Shown here: positions 35,316-50,300 of the stretch, one piece after another | How the letters are laid out: each line of letters begins with the position of its first letter | How positions within the stretch are numbered: position 1 is the stretch's first letter | Source of the DNA: Phoronis australis | Taxonomy: Eukaryota; Animalia; Phoronida | DNA length: 64,000 nucleotides | Direction of reading: 5' to 3' | NCBI GenBank assembly: GCA_002633005.1 | Contig: NMRA01000003.1 | Location: forward strand, 62,001 to 126,000 | Translations under genes and position numbers: made by a program | Notes under the pieces: generated by a model | What the model was told of the DNA's origin: nothing | The model's database searches: none | Seen by the model: the letters and a program-made list of their open reading frames with translations, nothing else

Positions 35316-38300
35316 ATGGATAGAAGCAAACTTCCTATAGGAAAAAGGCCAATGAAGGGCAAAGGTAACATTTGCACTTGGTTATTGCAGGATAACTTGT
35401 GTTATTCTTATATGTCGCTTGTCCCGAGTTAGTGGGCTTTCAGTTTCAGCGCCGTGAAATATAGCGTCACCTATTGGTCAGTTTCTGTTTTCGCCGATTT
35501 CTCAATCAAGTGGGTAATTGTTTACAATATGGCAATTGACCTACACATATGATTTTAGTTATTTTTAGTATCGTTCAATTCTGTCTATCGTTTTTCATTC
35601 CAAGAATTATATGAATGTGTCCCCTATCGCGTTTCCTCACTATTTTATCATCAAAATTCTGTTTGCACTATTTCCCAGCTGACACCGCCATGTTCGATCA
35701 ACTCAAGATTATAGTGTCACCTATTGCTAATAAATGAAACAGCACCTTCGACTCTGAATGATGTTCTTGCCGGCGCGAGATTCACCATAATGTTTTCCTG
35801 AGGTACACTAGCTGCAACATGGCGCAACATAGCCATAAGGCAGCAATTCATTTGACCCTTCTTCTACAAAATTTCCTGAAGTGATAAGTCTACCTTTTTC
35901 ATGAAATAGGACTTCAAAAACAAACCCTTATTTGCAGATTTTTGTTAGTGGATGTGTACCAGGGCCACCATAGGAGTTCGAACCCTTGGGGCTGTAACTC
36001 GGGCCTGGGGTCGACATGTCAGTTTGAACTCATAGAAGAGCGATGCACTGCAGAATGGTATTTGTGCCGGTAGATTAGTTCAGTTTTTGGCTGCTAGACA
36101 ACTCCTTTCATTCAACATGGCTTTATCTACCGGAAAATAGTGCAAGCAAAAATTTGATGATAAATACTAAGGGAATGGGGTAGGAGACATTTTCATGTAT
36201 TATTGGAATGATAACGATGCGAGGAATCGAACGATACCAAAATCATGTTCATAGGTCAATTCGTCATATTGTAAACAATTACTATCAACTGTTCTTGTTT
36301 GGCAGGATTGCGTACATGTCACTACAAATTATCGAAAGTGGTTTCACCTCCTCGTAAGTTTTTAGTATTTTAATACACAGCAAACCAAATTTCAGAACAA
36401 ACTTTGCTGCTGCAAAGCTGCCATCTTCTCCCGAGAGATTAGGAAAAGGCGCGTGCTCATGTCATGAGCATACACTGTTTTCAAAATAACAATAGACTTT
36501 TCTGTGTTTCTAATGATAGAAAATTATGCAAAAAATGACATTCATTAGACTGTTTTTCTCTTAAACGGCTGTTGACTTTCAGATTTTGCTTGCACTCCTA
36601 CCAGTGGTTAGTTCTACATGTTTCTATGAGTTTCACGACGAGTTGACGAGCAGAACTACGGCAACTACCCATGTGGTGTGAAATTTCGAGGTCTATTGGA
36701 ACTTAACACACAGTCATTCCTTGGCAATTATATCGCCTTGTAACGCTGCAAGCCTACAGGGGTGATACTAAACCCCATAAAAAATACTCATCCCAAAATA
36801 ACGTGAATAAAATCGAATGAAACATGCATACATACACATGGAGTTATAATAAACACATACCATGACTCTAGAGACACTTTAATCAATGTGATTTGAAGAT
36901 ATCCATGAAAATCTGTTGTGGTTCGCTCGAGCTTTTCTCACCGCCTCTCACCGTGTGCGCCTGTTGACAAAGAAATAGTCCAACGGACACAAATCTTACA
37001 ACTCCACCTGACATGTTCATATGCTATTTTTTGCAAGTGTCATGCACTAGGTCATGCACTTTGCTCAGTCTCGCGCTTGTCCTTGCCTTACTGACACAAC
37101 GTCAGTTGAAATACTTTATGATTATCGCGCGCAGTGAAAAAGTTGGTGACCAAAAAAAGTGTTGTCGGAATTCTTCGCCAAGGTCATCTTAATACCTGTA
37201 GACATACTTCATCGAAGATATGCTTAGCCTTAGATACAGGAAGGATCACTCAAAGAAAAATACGTTTTTTAAGTGATAGACAAGGTGAAAACGACTTATT
37301 CGGTGACTGTATTTCAGCTACTGCCCGTTCAAAAAACATGGGATGAAATTAGTACAGAAAGTGGTGGGGAGTATTGTAGCCCCTGTACAGCCAGCCGAGG
37401 GGCTATGTGTTGCCTAAGAGGTTGTTAGCTGTATTTTTGACATTAGCCTTCATACAACTATTAGTCAGTCAACTAGATAGTACTACTGGTACCTTGCCAA
37501 CTGGCCCCAGTAGAGACTGTGCTCATCCCATAGGCCCTCCATACACTGAAAGTTTTCTGGCAAATTATGCCTCATGATGATTAAACCATCAAAGTCATGG
37601 TGCACGTAGAGGGACACCTTAGGAAACTGATTAATGTCTTTAACTCTTCACAGCTTGAACAAATACTCCTACAATCAAACTTTTTTCGAACAGTCTTTTG
37701 TTCTGTTGCACAAATCAGCATCTGGTCTCTTTCATGCTGCTCGCATCAGAGGATATGACGTCATACCAGCCGGTTAGCTACCTATAGCTGAATGAAGACT
37801 GCTATCAAAATGCAGCTTAGAACCACTGTGTGTTTTGTTCCAATTGACCTTGAAATTTCACATCAATTGAGTCACGTCACCTGTTGCACAACTAGCAACA
37901 TGTAGAATGGGACTTAGGAGTCAACCGACACAACACGTTTCCAGATGCAGCCATTAAGTGAAAAAAACATCTAGTACACTTCATTTTTTTATTAATTCTC
38001 CTTTCAAAACAGTATGCTTGTGTCATGTGCAGGCAAGTCATGCATCATTTGCTCAATTTTTTGTGACATCCACCAATTTCTTTAAATTTCTGATTTAAAC
38101 GCCCATCTCAGGAGTAAGGACCCACCCCCTGATTTCCAGGCTCGCCAATTTAAGCGCCTGTGTCTATGATACTAATACTAACTAATAGATAATTTTGTTG
38201 AATGAGTGAAATTCTACTACAGTTCAGGTATTTGGCTGAATTTGCAGACTTGTCGTAACTTCCCTGCATTAGTACATAACCTTAACTTCTAATCTTGGTT

Positions 38301-41300
38301 CTCAAAATATTTTCTCTTTTCAGGCCATGCTCCTCCTGGGGATTTTATTGCTTTGGGTAAGGATATACTTTTTGATTGTGAGTGATAAGTGCTCTAATCT
38401 TACTGATTATACATATGTAACAAGTGCATGAATACCAACAGAACAAGATGACATTACTCTATATTAACAATAGGTGGCACACCACACAAGTTAAACATTA
38501 ACAACGTCTTCCCTGTTCCAAGAAAATCCAAAATGTTTGTGTTGTTTTATATCCATGAGTGGTGTCATGTAAGGCTCATTGATGAACTTTGAGAGACAGT
38601 TCAGTTGCAATGTGGTTAGAAGACTTCCATTTTCTGTTCATGTGAAATTTGTATCTTTTGTAATACTTTGCATTGTCTGTAACCAGGCATTCAGGGATGT
38701 TGTGGCATGCAAATATCGAGTTTAAGAACAGTGATTACTAATCTAATGCTACTATTGTTTTGGAGGACTTTTCATCTCAGTTAAGAGTAATATTTGGTTC
38801 AAATGACATAAACAGGACCTTCTTACCTTGCCAAAGGCTTGTTGTGTATTTCATGTGGCCACTTTGGTTGAAAGTACTTTCTAACAGTTTGTGCTCCACA
38901 CCGAGGTTGGTATTTGCAGATCCTCTACCACTTGAATGTTAAGCAGGCCCTCATCTGTGTGTTGGCCAGGGAATTCAAATGGACACCATGACTCAAATTT
39001 AGACACCCTAACTGGGACGCCTGTTGAGGATTTGGATGGCTTCAGTATTGGAAGCATTTTGCTCGATTTTATGCTATCAGGGAACTCATTGGCCTGTATG
39101 GAATAACAATATTCTTTTAAAATATGATGTTACAGACCCATATATCCACAGTAAAATAGCACACTTTCTTTGTGGGTCATAAAAAAGCGGTCATGAGTAA
39201 TTGATTATGAACACCCTGAGAAATTGGGGAACCCATTTTGGATGCCTTTTTTGAAGTCCTGGTTGAACCCCAGTATGCTAGAGAAAAAGTGACATAGGCA
39301 ACTTCAGCTGGCAAGGAGAAGACTTTTGAAGTCAGAATGTTTTTATGGCTTGGGCATATAATGTTGTGACTGCAGTGTTGTATTTTCAAAAACGTCATTA
39401 AATTAATATTGCAGGAAAGTCCAAATCAGGATCAGAGCCTGATGTTAGCCGCTTACAGTCCACGTCTGTTCAGCAGAAGAAACTTCTGGGACTTGGCAAA
39501 CGCGACAGTCCAACACCTCCTATCGGTGCAAGTCTTGTCTCTAAGAAGCCCAAGTTATCCAGTCAAACTTTCACCCCTTTGGGACGACAGGAAGGGAGAA
39601 GTCATTCTCCTGCATTGCTGGCCACGCAGTATGAAGAATATGCATTGGAATGTATGTTTAACACTAACAGACCTGTGTTGCATCAAAACTATCAGATATT
39701 TAGTTACAGCCTGTGGTTATGAAACTCTAGTCACTGAATTATATTGATAAAAAATAATTGCAGGCAGTGTGGTATATGTTGTACCAGATATGCGCAAGCC
39801 ACTCTGGTCAGCCCATCACACTGATCACCTGTAACCATTTTATGGCTTATTAAAACTGAGCTGAGAACCTAGATACCTGACTCAAAGGTATAGCAGTGTG
39901 CCTCAGTGGAATTCGAACCCACAACCTTGAATAAAGGAAGTACACACTTGTCCTACTAGGCCACACTGCTTCCTAAATATTTTGACTTGTCACAGGAACA
40001 TTTTCCAATATTCAACGGACTCTTCCATAAGTTCTTCACTTTGATGCAATTGAAAATTCGGCTATCGCGTGAAATTCATGCTATCAGTTGTGGTGACACT
40101 TGTTTACCTGCTGTTGAATGTTGTAGGTGAGACAGTAGACCTGCTGGAGAATATTCTGGAAGCTGAAGAGTGCGGAGATGATGAGAGGATTGAAGGCTTG
40201 CTGTGTGGAGCTGTGAAATCACTAAAGGCCAACCGCACTAAACCTGATCAAATACTTGTTCTTACTCTCATGTCCTTGGCCAAGACCAAGTCGTCAATGT
40301 TCCAGAGTGAGATAGTCTGTGATGTAAGTATCACTTTATAATGTTAGTATTTGGCAGCTGTTAAGTTAGTGCACAATGACTTGATACTGTTAAAATGTCT
40401 TATTTGCATATGCTTTACGCAGTACAATTTGCTTAAATTATTAACTACTTTCGTCCCTTGGAAAGATCCATTTTGTCCAGGAAACATTATGCATTGAAAT
40501 ATTGCCATTAATGATGTTACTTTGTTTCTGACACTTCGTTTTGGTTTGTCAGGCTTTCTGTACACTGCTACGGAAGGAACCAATGTCAGCTTACAAAATA
40601 AAGAGCCACCCCCTTATACCTGTGCTGTGTGCCAATGTGCTTATGGCAGCCTTCCAAGATGAAGAGAATTGGCCAGACTCCATGGTCAAGGTAGGAATTG
40701 AGAGAACTTCACAATATTGTTGTTGCCTCGTGTGACTGACCGTTGATAACTTCATTTTCCTTCAACTGCTGTCGTCACCAAGAACTTGTAGTTTAGCCTC
40801 GTTTTCAGTTATTCCAACATCAAGTGTCTGCTTCAATGTAGTATTTTATTCACTTATATCCTACAATACTTCATCCTCACACATATTCAGCTTACCTTCT
40901 CTCGCCATATCTGTTTGTGTTATAGCATTAGTTCATTCAATGAACCACCGTTATTTTTAATGAACCGAGTTATAGAGATAGTCCCAGTAATGTAAAGAAA
41001 CACAATTTAATCACTCAAATGTAGGCATGTCAAATGATACCATATTGCGTCACAACAATAGCAGAACAAACAATGTAAAGTTGAAAGTAGTCGTCCTGAT
41101 TGGAGGTCTGAATAAAACACCAAGAAATTCTCACAGTGAGGTAGACAAAATAAGTCAATAAGCCTGACCGTTGGCAGGTTTATATATTATTCGTGTACTC
41201 CTTGTGATGCAGCTTAAAACGTATTGGAGGAACGAAATTCACGTGTTACCAACTAAGGTAGGCTTTAAATTCTGCTATAAAACATAAGCGATCATTAAAG

Positions 41301-44300
41301 CAAACTTGTCATCATCAAGTGTAATCAGTGAAATATAAGATATCCTAATGGTTGTGGATTAATATATACAAGTATTTTAAATGAGTAGAATGAAATCAAT
41401 GTTCATGTCACTGGCTCCGTTAGAATATGAATAATGTAAAGTTACCTTTCTGAGTCATGAAATTTGTTCATTACGTGACCTGGGATTGTGAAGCAAAATC
41501 ATTTATCATATCGCATTTGTAAGTAATTTGTGGTGATGCTTGTGCGTAGGCAGCAGAAATTTTTTATAAGCACCCGGGCATACCGTGGCTGTAAATCTGC
41601 CAGATATCATTATCGTCCATTGACTGCCATTACAGGTGTACGTTGAGGACTGTCTGGGAGACAGAACGTGGGTGGACCGAACAGACTGTAAGACATTTGT
41701 GGAGAACATCGAAACAGCCTTTCAAACCAAACTGCCAACCAAGTCATTATCAGCTGCCGATGTAGCTCAAGGGCTGGATCAACCTAAACGTAATTATGAA
41801 GTGAATTGTTTAGTATGCGATGCCAGCATAGTTTGTGGATTGAAAACATTTTCTCATGAACATCTTGTCAAAGTGTTGATTTGTAGCCAGTAGCATGTTT
41901 CGCTTATATATAACATAAAGGAGTGTTGATTGTTTCCACTGTCAACAGTGTCACAGTAGATTATTACACAGTGAAGCTGTTGTTTTCCATGCATAGTCCC
42001 CCTGTGGGATTTTAAGGATTTATTACCCTCAAAGTCCCACAGGGCCTTGGTACGGGAAGAAACTGTCAAGGGCATATATCCCCCTTTTGAGCGCTGAACT
42101 TTACGAAACAAACAAAAAATTGGAAATGTTTAAAAGGCAACTTGTCAAGTTATGCTTGACATCGGTCATCCACGAAACAAACAAACAAAAAATGGAAATG
42201 TTTAAAAGCCAACTTGAGATATGCTTGACATTGGTCTTCTCTATGCAGTGCAGTGGATCAAACCGCTCATGCGAGTGTCTGCAACGGAACAATGCAGCAT
42301 GCCCATCATGTTTCCCTGCCAAATCATGATCTCACTAGGGAAATAGCTGTTATGTGTTATTATCCAATAGTTAATCACTATTCAGAGGTGTGTTTCAGGA
42401 AAAGTGACTTAAGACAGAGAGTTGGTCTTAATCTACATCCACATCTGCTGAAAAAGGCTTAGTCACGTAATTATGAGTGCACTACTATCTAGAAATAATT
42501 TATAGACTTTGTCTTGATAACTTGCAGTTATGTGTATATTCTCAGAGACTTTTCACTTTCACTGAAGTGAGATATAATTATTTTTCAGACTGAGCTAGTT
42601 TTGTGGAGCGCAAGCCCAAATTTTTGTTTTAGGTCTTTATGTCACTTTTCATGAAACACAACCCAGATGTGTATTAGGTGGGGATAAACTGTGTTATATA
42701 ACAACTCATTGGACTTTATTCTTTGTGAATCTAGGCCCTAGCCCTTGCGTCACTCCTGATGGGGAGGAAAAAACGTTAGCTGTTTCAACTGTAAATGACC
42801 CGATGTCATCAGAAATTAGTCTTGAGGCTGATGAGCCAGTGGTCTTCCCTAGGTATGTCTCACGTGCTTATTGTTATTATTATTATTGTTGTTATTATTA
42901 CTGTTAAAAACTGGTTCTGACTGTCACCATTAGATAAGTGACAACATCGCTTCAACCTGCAAGGCATTTTACCTATAGATTTGTCGGTCTTACCACGATA
43001 TCAGATGAATTGGGTCCCCATTGTACCTGAATGCAATGGTATGTTATTGATATGACTAAAAGTAGTTTTAATGACTGAAATCAAGTTCAGCTTTTGTGCT
43101 AGAAACCATGTCTTAAAAACATGAAATTTTACAAACAAGTGATTTATCGTTGCTGCTGTCAAGTGTTCGCTGTTACTGGTCAAGTCTGGAATTTTGATCA
43201 ATTTTAAACTTTTTGGAACAAAAATTTGTTGTATAGAACTTGACGAATAAACTTTAAAATTTCAGTTTCATTGTGCTGGGGAATGGATGTGTCCTTTTTA
43301 TTATAATATCCTTCGGTGATATGTGTAATATGGACTATTTAGAAATATCCCTGGCTTCACCTATGTCTGTTAGAATCTTCCAGTTCATCTGCCAGTGCTT
43401 GATTATAGAAAGCTGTACTGGCTTCTCTTCCAGATATCTTTATCAGATGGAAAGTATGGAAGCTTATGTGCTGAATGTTGTGCAGGAGCAACTGCAGAGA
43501 CGGTCATCACTGGACACAGGAAACAGGAACTTACTGAAGCTGCTCACGTCTACCAGTGGATATGGTGAAGTGAGGCTGATTGCTGCCACACGACTAGAGA
43601 TGTGGCTACAGAACCCTAAGGTAGTCACTTCTTAATAGCTTCCTGGGTAATGGTCAGATATAACGTGCCTGCATTTTGAGAACCAGTTTTCTCCACTGAA
43701 TAACTGGCATCAAACTTTTACTAAAAATATTGGCGTGTTATATCCGACTATTGCCACTTCCTGTCTCCTTCCTATTAATGTGTTCTGTGTTACTGCTGTA
43801 GGTGATTCCCTGTTTGAATGTCACTCAATTCTTCTGGCTATTTAGATTGGTAAAATCTTAATATTTGGGTTATTCTGAGAACACACTATGTAGGAGTATT
43901 GNTCTTGTTCAATTATTGTACTTGTCGAGCTGAACTCCAACCACGAAATCATGCCTTGTCTTAGAAATGATGCACAAGAACCTTAAGTGAATAAAGAAGC
44001 TGATAAACATTCGAAATAAGCAAATAGAGCAAGATGCTGACTTAGAAACAGATAATGTTAGTACTTTGAAATGTTTACTTCCACATGATCTGCTAAATAT
44101 TCTGTTTAGTCTACAATTTCTACTGTTGTGTATTGAGGAAGTTACATTTAATTGTTCACCAGAAATAATTTACTGAATTCAGACTCGACAAATTTCTTCG
44201 TTTGCACTCAGTTGTGACTTTGGTTGCAGCTGCAAAAGACAGCTCAAGACTTACTGGCTGCTGTGTGTCTCAACTGTAGTCAGCACGATCAGTACGACGT

Positions 44301-47300
44301 AGAAGTGATGTCACTCATTATTAAGATACGACTGAAAACCAAACCTCTCTTACTTCATTATCTCTCATGTTTGAGGTAAGCTGATTGGGAGTGGACATAA
44401 AGTCATGTCTGTGAGTGTGTAGGGATGATATATTATAGTGGTTTGAAGTGCACACTATCACTTGTGAGGCCTGTGTTGGAATCCTGTGTTGGATGGATGA
44501 CTACGAGCTTTGTACTCTTGCCTGCATGTGTTCAGTCTTGAGTGCGTGAAATGCTGGAGTTGTGGTGTGAATGTGTTGTGGGCAGTCGTGGAATGCACTG
44601 CTCACCACTCTTCAGGATCATATCCTTGTTACGTTTTTATATTCTGAAAAAGCCCATATCTGAAAGTGTGTATTTCTGAAACAAAACTCCATGTTGTGGT
44701 TTTTAGCTAGCCTTGTGCTTTTGTGACGACTCCAGTGGGAGGATAGTCTTTTTGACCTTTTCTAACCTTATTTGCAGAGATCTGATTGGTCTACATTCTG
44801 AGAATGTGAGAACTCTTTTGACGCACACCATATACAATGAGCTCTCCCAGTCGAGGAACCCCAATAACATGTCTGTCCTGGCAGAACTGTTCAAACACAC
44901 TCCAGAGAAGAGTGCTCAGGTAAGCAATTTGCTTATTAAATTTTCAGTTCAGTTTTCTCGAAAATGTGATGAGATTTTGTAATTTACTGGTTTGACCAGA
45001 CTTAACCGCTAGCAATCTTCACCAAGTTAAAGCTTTACCAAACAGATGTGTTGTAGTAAGTATGTCACTGACATAATGATATGATTTTTGAAACTTGTTT
45101 CAGATTCTGGCAGAAATATTCCAGGATTTGCTGTCTAACAGAGATGACTACCTGCGTGCATTGATGGCGCTGTTCCGGGAAATTGTCCGGTCTGTTCGCC
45201 ATGACATTAATTTCCCAGCATTTTGTTTAGGACTGATGAAGGAAAGGCAGGAAGCCAAGTTTACAGAGATGGAGTTTAAGGTGACTGGATTTCAGTAAAT
45301 TTGAGGCTGTTTAATAGATCATCAGTTGTTTGATACCAATAGCAATTTTCAATACACATAGATGTAAAAAAACTCTGAAAGGTGCAGTTGTAAATTTTGA
45401 AATCGCGAATATGATCAGTAAATTTGAATACTCAAACTCCCGGCCCATATGCTCAATTAACAAAATCAAGTGGGTAACTAACATTGAAGTAAATATTGTG
45501 ATTTAAAGGAAGGAAAAAGGTGAGCTAAATTTTTTTCTTTGTGAGATTGTTCTAATCATTTGCAGACATTCATTTTTATTGCAGCCATTCACAGACATTC
45601 ATTTTTAGTGCAGTCGTTTGCAGACATTCACTTTTGTTGCAGTCATTTGCTGACATTCATGTCCTATGTGTTCGTTTCAGGAGCGCTTTGTGTCATCCAT
45701 AGTTTCTATGATCAGCCTCAGTCAACTGTTGTGTATCACGCCTTCTGTAAAGGAAGCCTCGGTTATGATGTCTCGCGGGGACGGTAAAGACTTGGCCGTC
45801 CTCGGACACTTCCGTCAGCAGCTGGCCATCATACAGAGAGACGCAGTCTGCTGGTTACATACTCTTGTGCCCAAACTGACTGATGTCCGCAAAATTGAAT
45901 ACACTCATTAGTATGTTGACTTTTAGCATTTCCTGTTTAATGGCTTTGGGCTATTTATTCACACTGTACAAATGATTAAAATTCAGTGAGTCATCTTTGG
46001 TGTTGATGTCTAAAAATTACTTAATAGTTGACAAAAAATGTTTGAAAAATGTTTTCAAAATCTTTTCTGGAAATTAATGTTTTAATTTTCCATAGCTCGA
46101 AGCATTTTTCAATTTGTGATTGCTCTAAAGTTAGTTTGCATTGAAAATTGTTGCATGTTCTAAGTTTTGCTGCTTTTTTTAGCTTGAAGAAGGTATTATT
46201 TCTGGAACAAGGGGACCATTACTACAAGGTAGACAACTGGCCCCCAGAGACTGACAGAAAGTAAGTTTTTGTTTCTTGTGTGTCAGTTACTTATCACATC
46301 ACATAGGACACATTGGTGGATTAAACGCTGAAATAGCCAGGCATTTTCCTTAAATAAGGCTGTTCCGCACAGCACCCGTTTGCCACATCACTTGACCTAT
46401 TGAACATAAGTGAAAAGATTCCCTTCCCTAAGCGGAAGTCAAACCCAGGACCTTCTGCTAACGGGTTTGGGTCCCGGTTGGGGCAGAAATCTTCAAACTA
46501 TGTTCATTAGGTTACGTGTTGTGGCCAACAGGTGGCGTGCAGACCAGACTGAGTGCAACATCACCTGAGTCAGTGTAATTGTGTATGTCTGAGGTTATCA
46601 TGGCTTCATCTCATACTTGCAGTATTAATATTTGCCTCTTCTTACACCCTGTTATTTCACTGCAGTATGATGTTACGCCTGTGCTCAGAAGTGCTTGTTC
46701 TGGAGGACACCTTGATGAGAGTTCTGGTGATGGGCATGGCTAGAGATCTCCCTGTCAACCCTGCAGATTCACTTGATCTAGCTGACCACTTGATAAAGAG
46801 AGCAGCTGCCCTGCACACCCATGGTAGAGTATATTTACGTATTACTTAATGCGCTTCTATATCCTGGCCAGTATGTTAATAACGGACAGATTGTCAACAT
46901 GGTTTTCCATATTAATTTCTTGCAACTATATAATTAACAAGCCTATTGTTAGATATGGAATTATTCCTTGTGATTACATCAATCTTCAGCCATCAAATGG
47001 TGTAGTTGCATGATTGTTTATATCTTATCTCCACCTTAGGTAATGAAGTGCTGGTTGTGGAGAAGCTAGACATGATGGAGGCTATACTCAACCTATCTGC
47101 CTACCATCACCCTGACAACATAGCACTGCCCAAGGGGTGAGTGTGCTCTTGTACAGTCCTACTGTGTCACTGTAGGGTGAATGGTGTATTTGTTGTATTC
47201 ATCTATACAGTACAAACTAACATGTAATTTGTTGTCCATACTGTGTCTTTGTTGTGCAGTCCTGCTGTGACAAATATTCATAAAATTTGGCCTTGAACAA

Positions 47301-50300
47301 CAGTTGTTTCCTGTCAAAGCTATCAACGCAATGCTGCAATGCTGTGCCTTCTACTGACAAGTGATTTTTTGCTTCTGCCTCTATGTATAAGATTGTTATG
47401 AAAGGTAGTGGGTATGTTTGTATTTGGGATGGGATAGCCACCTTCAACATTTAATATATCTCTATAGAGTGTTGCATCACCTATCTGCCAAATCACTTAA
47501 GAGTTGTTTGTGAAATGAAGCACTTGATTTCTATTACAAGTAAGACAGTACACTCTAATTTTTGGACAACAGTAACTAGTGCTGCATGCTTTAGTGACAA
47601 TTATAATTTTTTTCGACGTCCATATTGGTAAAAATTCATGCACTGAAATTGAGCATTACTTACTCAAGAAAGATATCACAAACTTGTGGATGACTAGTTT
47701 TGCATCTCGTAGAAACTGTTTTAAGTTTACTAGTGGGAATTTTTAAAATAATCGTTGTCCCTCGTATATGTGCTATATACGATGCACACAGTGGGCACAT
47801 CAATACTATATGTTGCCCTTAATAACTATAGCTTGTCTCGGAGAATGTGATAAGGGCCAATGTGACCTTGAATGGGATGGGATGTTTTGAGCATGCTCCA
47901 TATGTATAACTCCATACAATAAAGTTAATAGTTTTATTTCTAATGAGTGTTGTATCGTACATCTTGCACTTGCTGCTGAGAAACAAAACTATTGATGCTG
48001 ATTCTTTGTCAGTATTTGACTACTAGATAGTTATTATGTGAAGATTTTGTGTTACTCTATGCCAAGTGCAATGCAGGAATGCCGGTTCACACTGTTCTGT
48101 ATGTCTGTGTGTCCGCTGTTCACTCAGATTGACAATTCACTAGTTTGCTAAATGTGTCCAACTACATAACTATCATTTTATCCCATCTTTTATCTCATTA
48201 TATCTCATTGTACAACAGGTATACACCTCCTGAACTGGCCATATCTAACCTATATTGGAAGGCTTGGACCATGCTTCTCATTTTGTCAGCATTCAACCCA
48301 TCAACATTTGGTATGTCACTCAATTGTGCAGTATTACTCCAGACACATATCGGGTGTTTGAAGTCTTGCTAGTCATCACTGTTAGAATAATTAAGCTGCA
48401 CCGTGTTGTAATGAGACTTTACAGAAAGCATTCATTGGCTTTATATACGATTATATAGTATGTCAAGTTCTTGTTGTATTTTCAGGTTTTGCTGCTTGGG
48501 AAAGTTATCCCACTCTTAAGTATCTGATGGAAATGGCCATGACAAAGTGAGTAGCACCTGACTTAATGTGGAATTATCATTAAATGTTACTTTGTAAAGT
48601 ATGTTTGTGTATAAGAAGAAACATTCTAAAATAATAAAACATGACATTAGTGTGTGTCTGGGTGTATTCTGTTTCTCTAACCATGTGATACATCTTATGG
48701 TAAACACCTCATTATTATTATGCAATGTGTATGGGGGTATTCTGTTCCCTCTAACCATGTGATACAGCTTATGGTGAAAACATTAGTTTATGCAATGTGT
48801 TTGAGGATATTCTGCTCCCTCTAACCATGTGATACAGCTTGTGATGGACATGTTGGTTTAAGCAATGTATCTGTGGGTATTCTGTTCCCTCTAACCATGT
48901 ACTACAGCTTACGATGAGCTCATTAGTTGATGCAAGGAGTTTGAGGATATTCTGTTCCTCTAACCATTTCGTGCAGAAAATATCATGTGTCTGTCTGGTT
49001 TCAGCAACTTCTATTTTCCACCTCCAACTGTGACCATAGATGAGAGAAGTATTGAGGAGATCAGAACTAAAGAGAAACAGGTATCCATAGTAACATGTCC
49101 AGTGTTTACTGTTCAGAACATTATATGCCATAGCCATGTCTGGGAGTTCCTTAATCTGATATGTGGAGCATAATGCAAATGGGTGTATCTTTTTCATGAT
49201 GTTTAAACCACAATGGGCCATTTGCCAACTATAAGCAATTGGTTAATGTTAATGGTACGGTACGACATTTACAACTTGGAACTCGAATTGATAAAAATTC
49301 CCGTTGGTATGTCCTCTTCTTGGCTGGTCAAAGTTCTCTCATTACTTAACAGAAAGTTTTGAAGTATTGTAAAACCAATCTTTTATATGGGATCCCTTTG
49401 TTTGTTGTGTGTCTAACTTGTCTCTCGACTGTATAGTGGAAGAGTCCTTTACTTCTCTTTAATTGTTTGTGACTTGATGATGTTTCAGACCGTTGAGCTT
49501 GATAAACAGCTGATCCTTGAGTTTGAGGGTCATCTGGCCTCCAACACTATCACTGAACACAACAGTCTTCTCATATCTCAACTGATTGGCATGAACCCAA
49601 CGTGAGTACATTCTGCCATCCTGCTTGTGAGATATCACTTACCTTTAGTTTATAATCACATTGCCTGTGCTCCTTAACGCTCAGAAACTGATTATTCTAA
49701 TTCGTATCAATCAAGTCTGCTTTGATGACGTGAACCATAAACAAATCCACTCATGTCATAGACATGGACAGTTTGAAACATGTTCTGAGGTCTATTTAAG
49801 TGACCTAGTGAATTGTCTCTGTCAATGATTAGATTTGCTGTGCAGTTAATACAAGCTTTCAAGTTGTTGATAATACAATTTTGTATAATTGAAGGGATTT
49901 TTGCAAACAATGTTGGCTGTTGGCCTTTAATTACTGTCTGTTAACTTCAGGCTTTTTATGCATTAAGTGTCTTGGTAATCCGTACAAGAGTTATGTTCTT
50001 CTTGTTTCAGTGGTACAGCTCGCAAGCCTCCCAAGCACATTGGAGACATGTTAAAGCATCTCAACTCTTCTCTCAAACTGGGTCAACTGTTGTGCAGCAG
50101 TCGCTCTCCTGACTTTCTCTTAGATACTATTCAAAGACAGGTTTAGAATATTTTGCATGCTAGCATATCTTGTTAAGAGTAGGGAAATTGGGTACTAGGT
50201 GGCCCATGTTATCATTAACCCAGTCATTTCTATGACATGACACTCGAGCTGATAGTCTTAACCTACACTTGCAACTCATGCATGTGATTTAGAAGCATCT

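Noticed and set aside
39895-39970. tRNA gene
   Set aside because: A/B-box-like motifs are present but there is no acceptor or anticodon stem; treated as a SINE head. The same applies to 63380-63447 and 46430-46470.
49081-49488. Possible U12-type intron in INTS1 (donor GTATCCAT, TCCTTTAC 36 nt before the acceptor)
   Set aside because: The donor misses the GTATCCTT consensus and the branch motif is imperfect and rather distant; a U2 interpretation is adequate. intronIC scoring would settle it.
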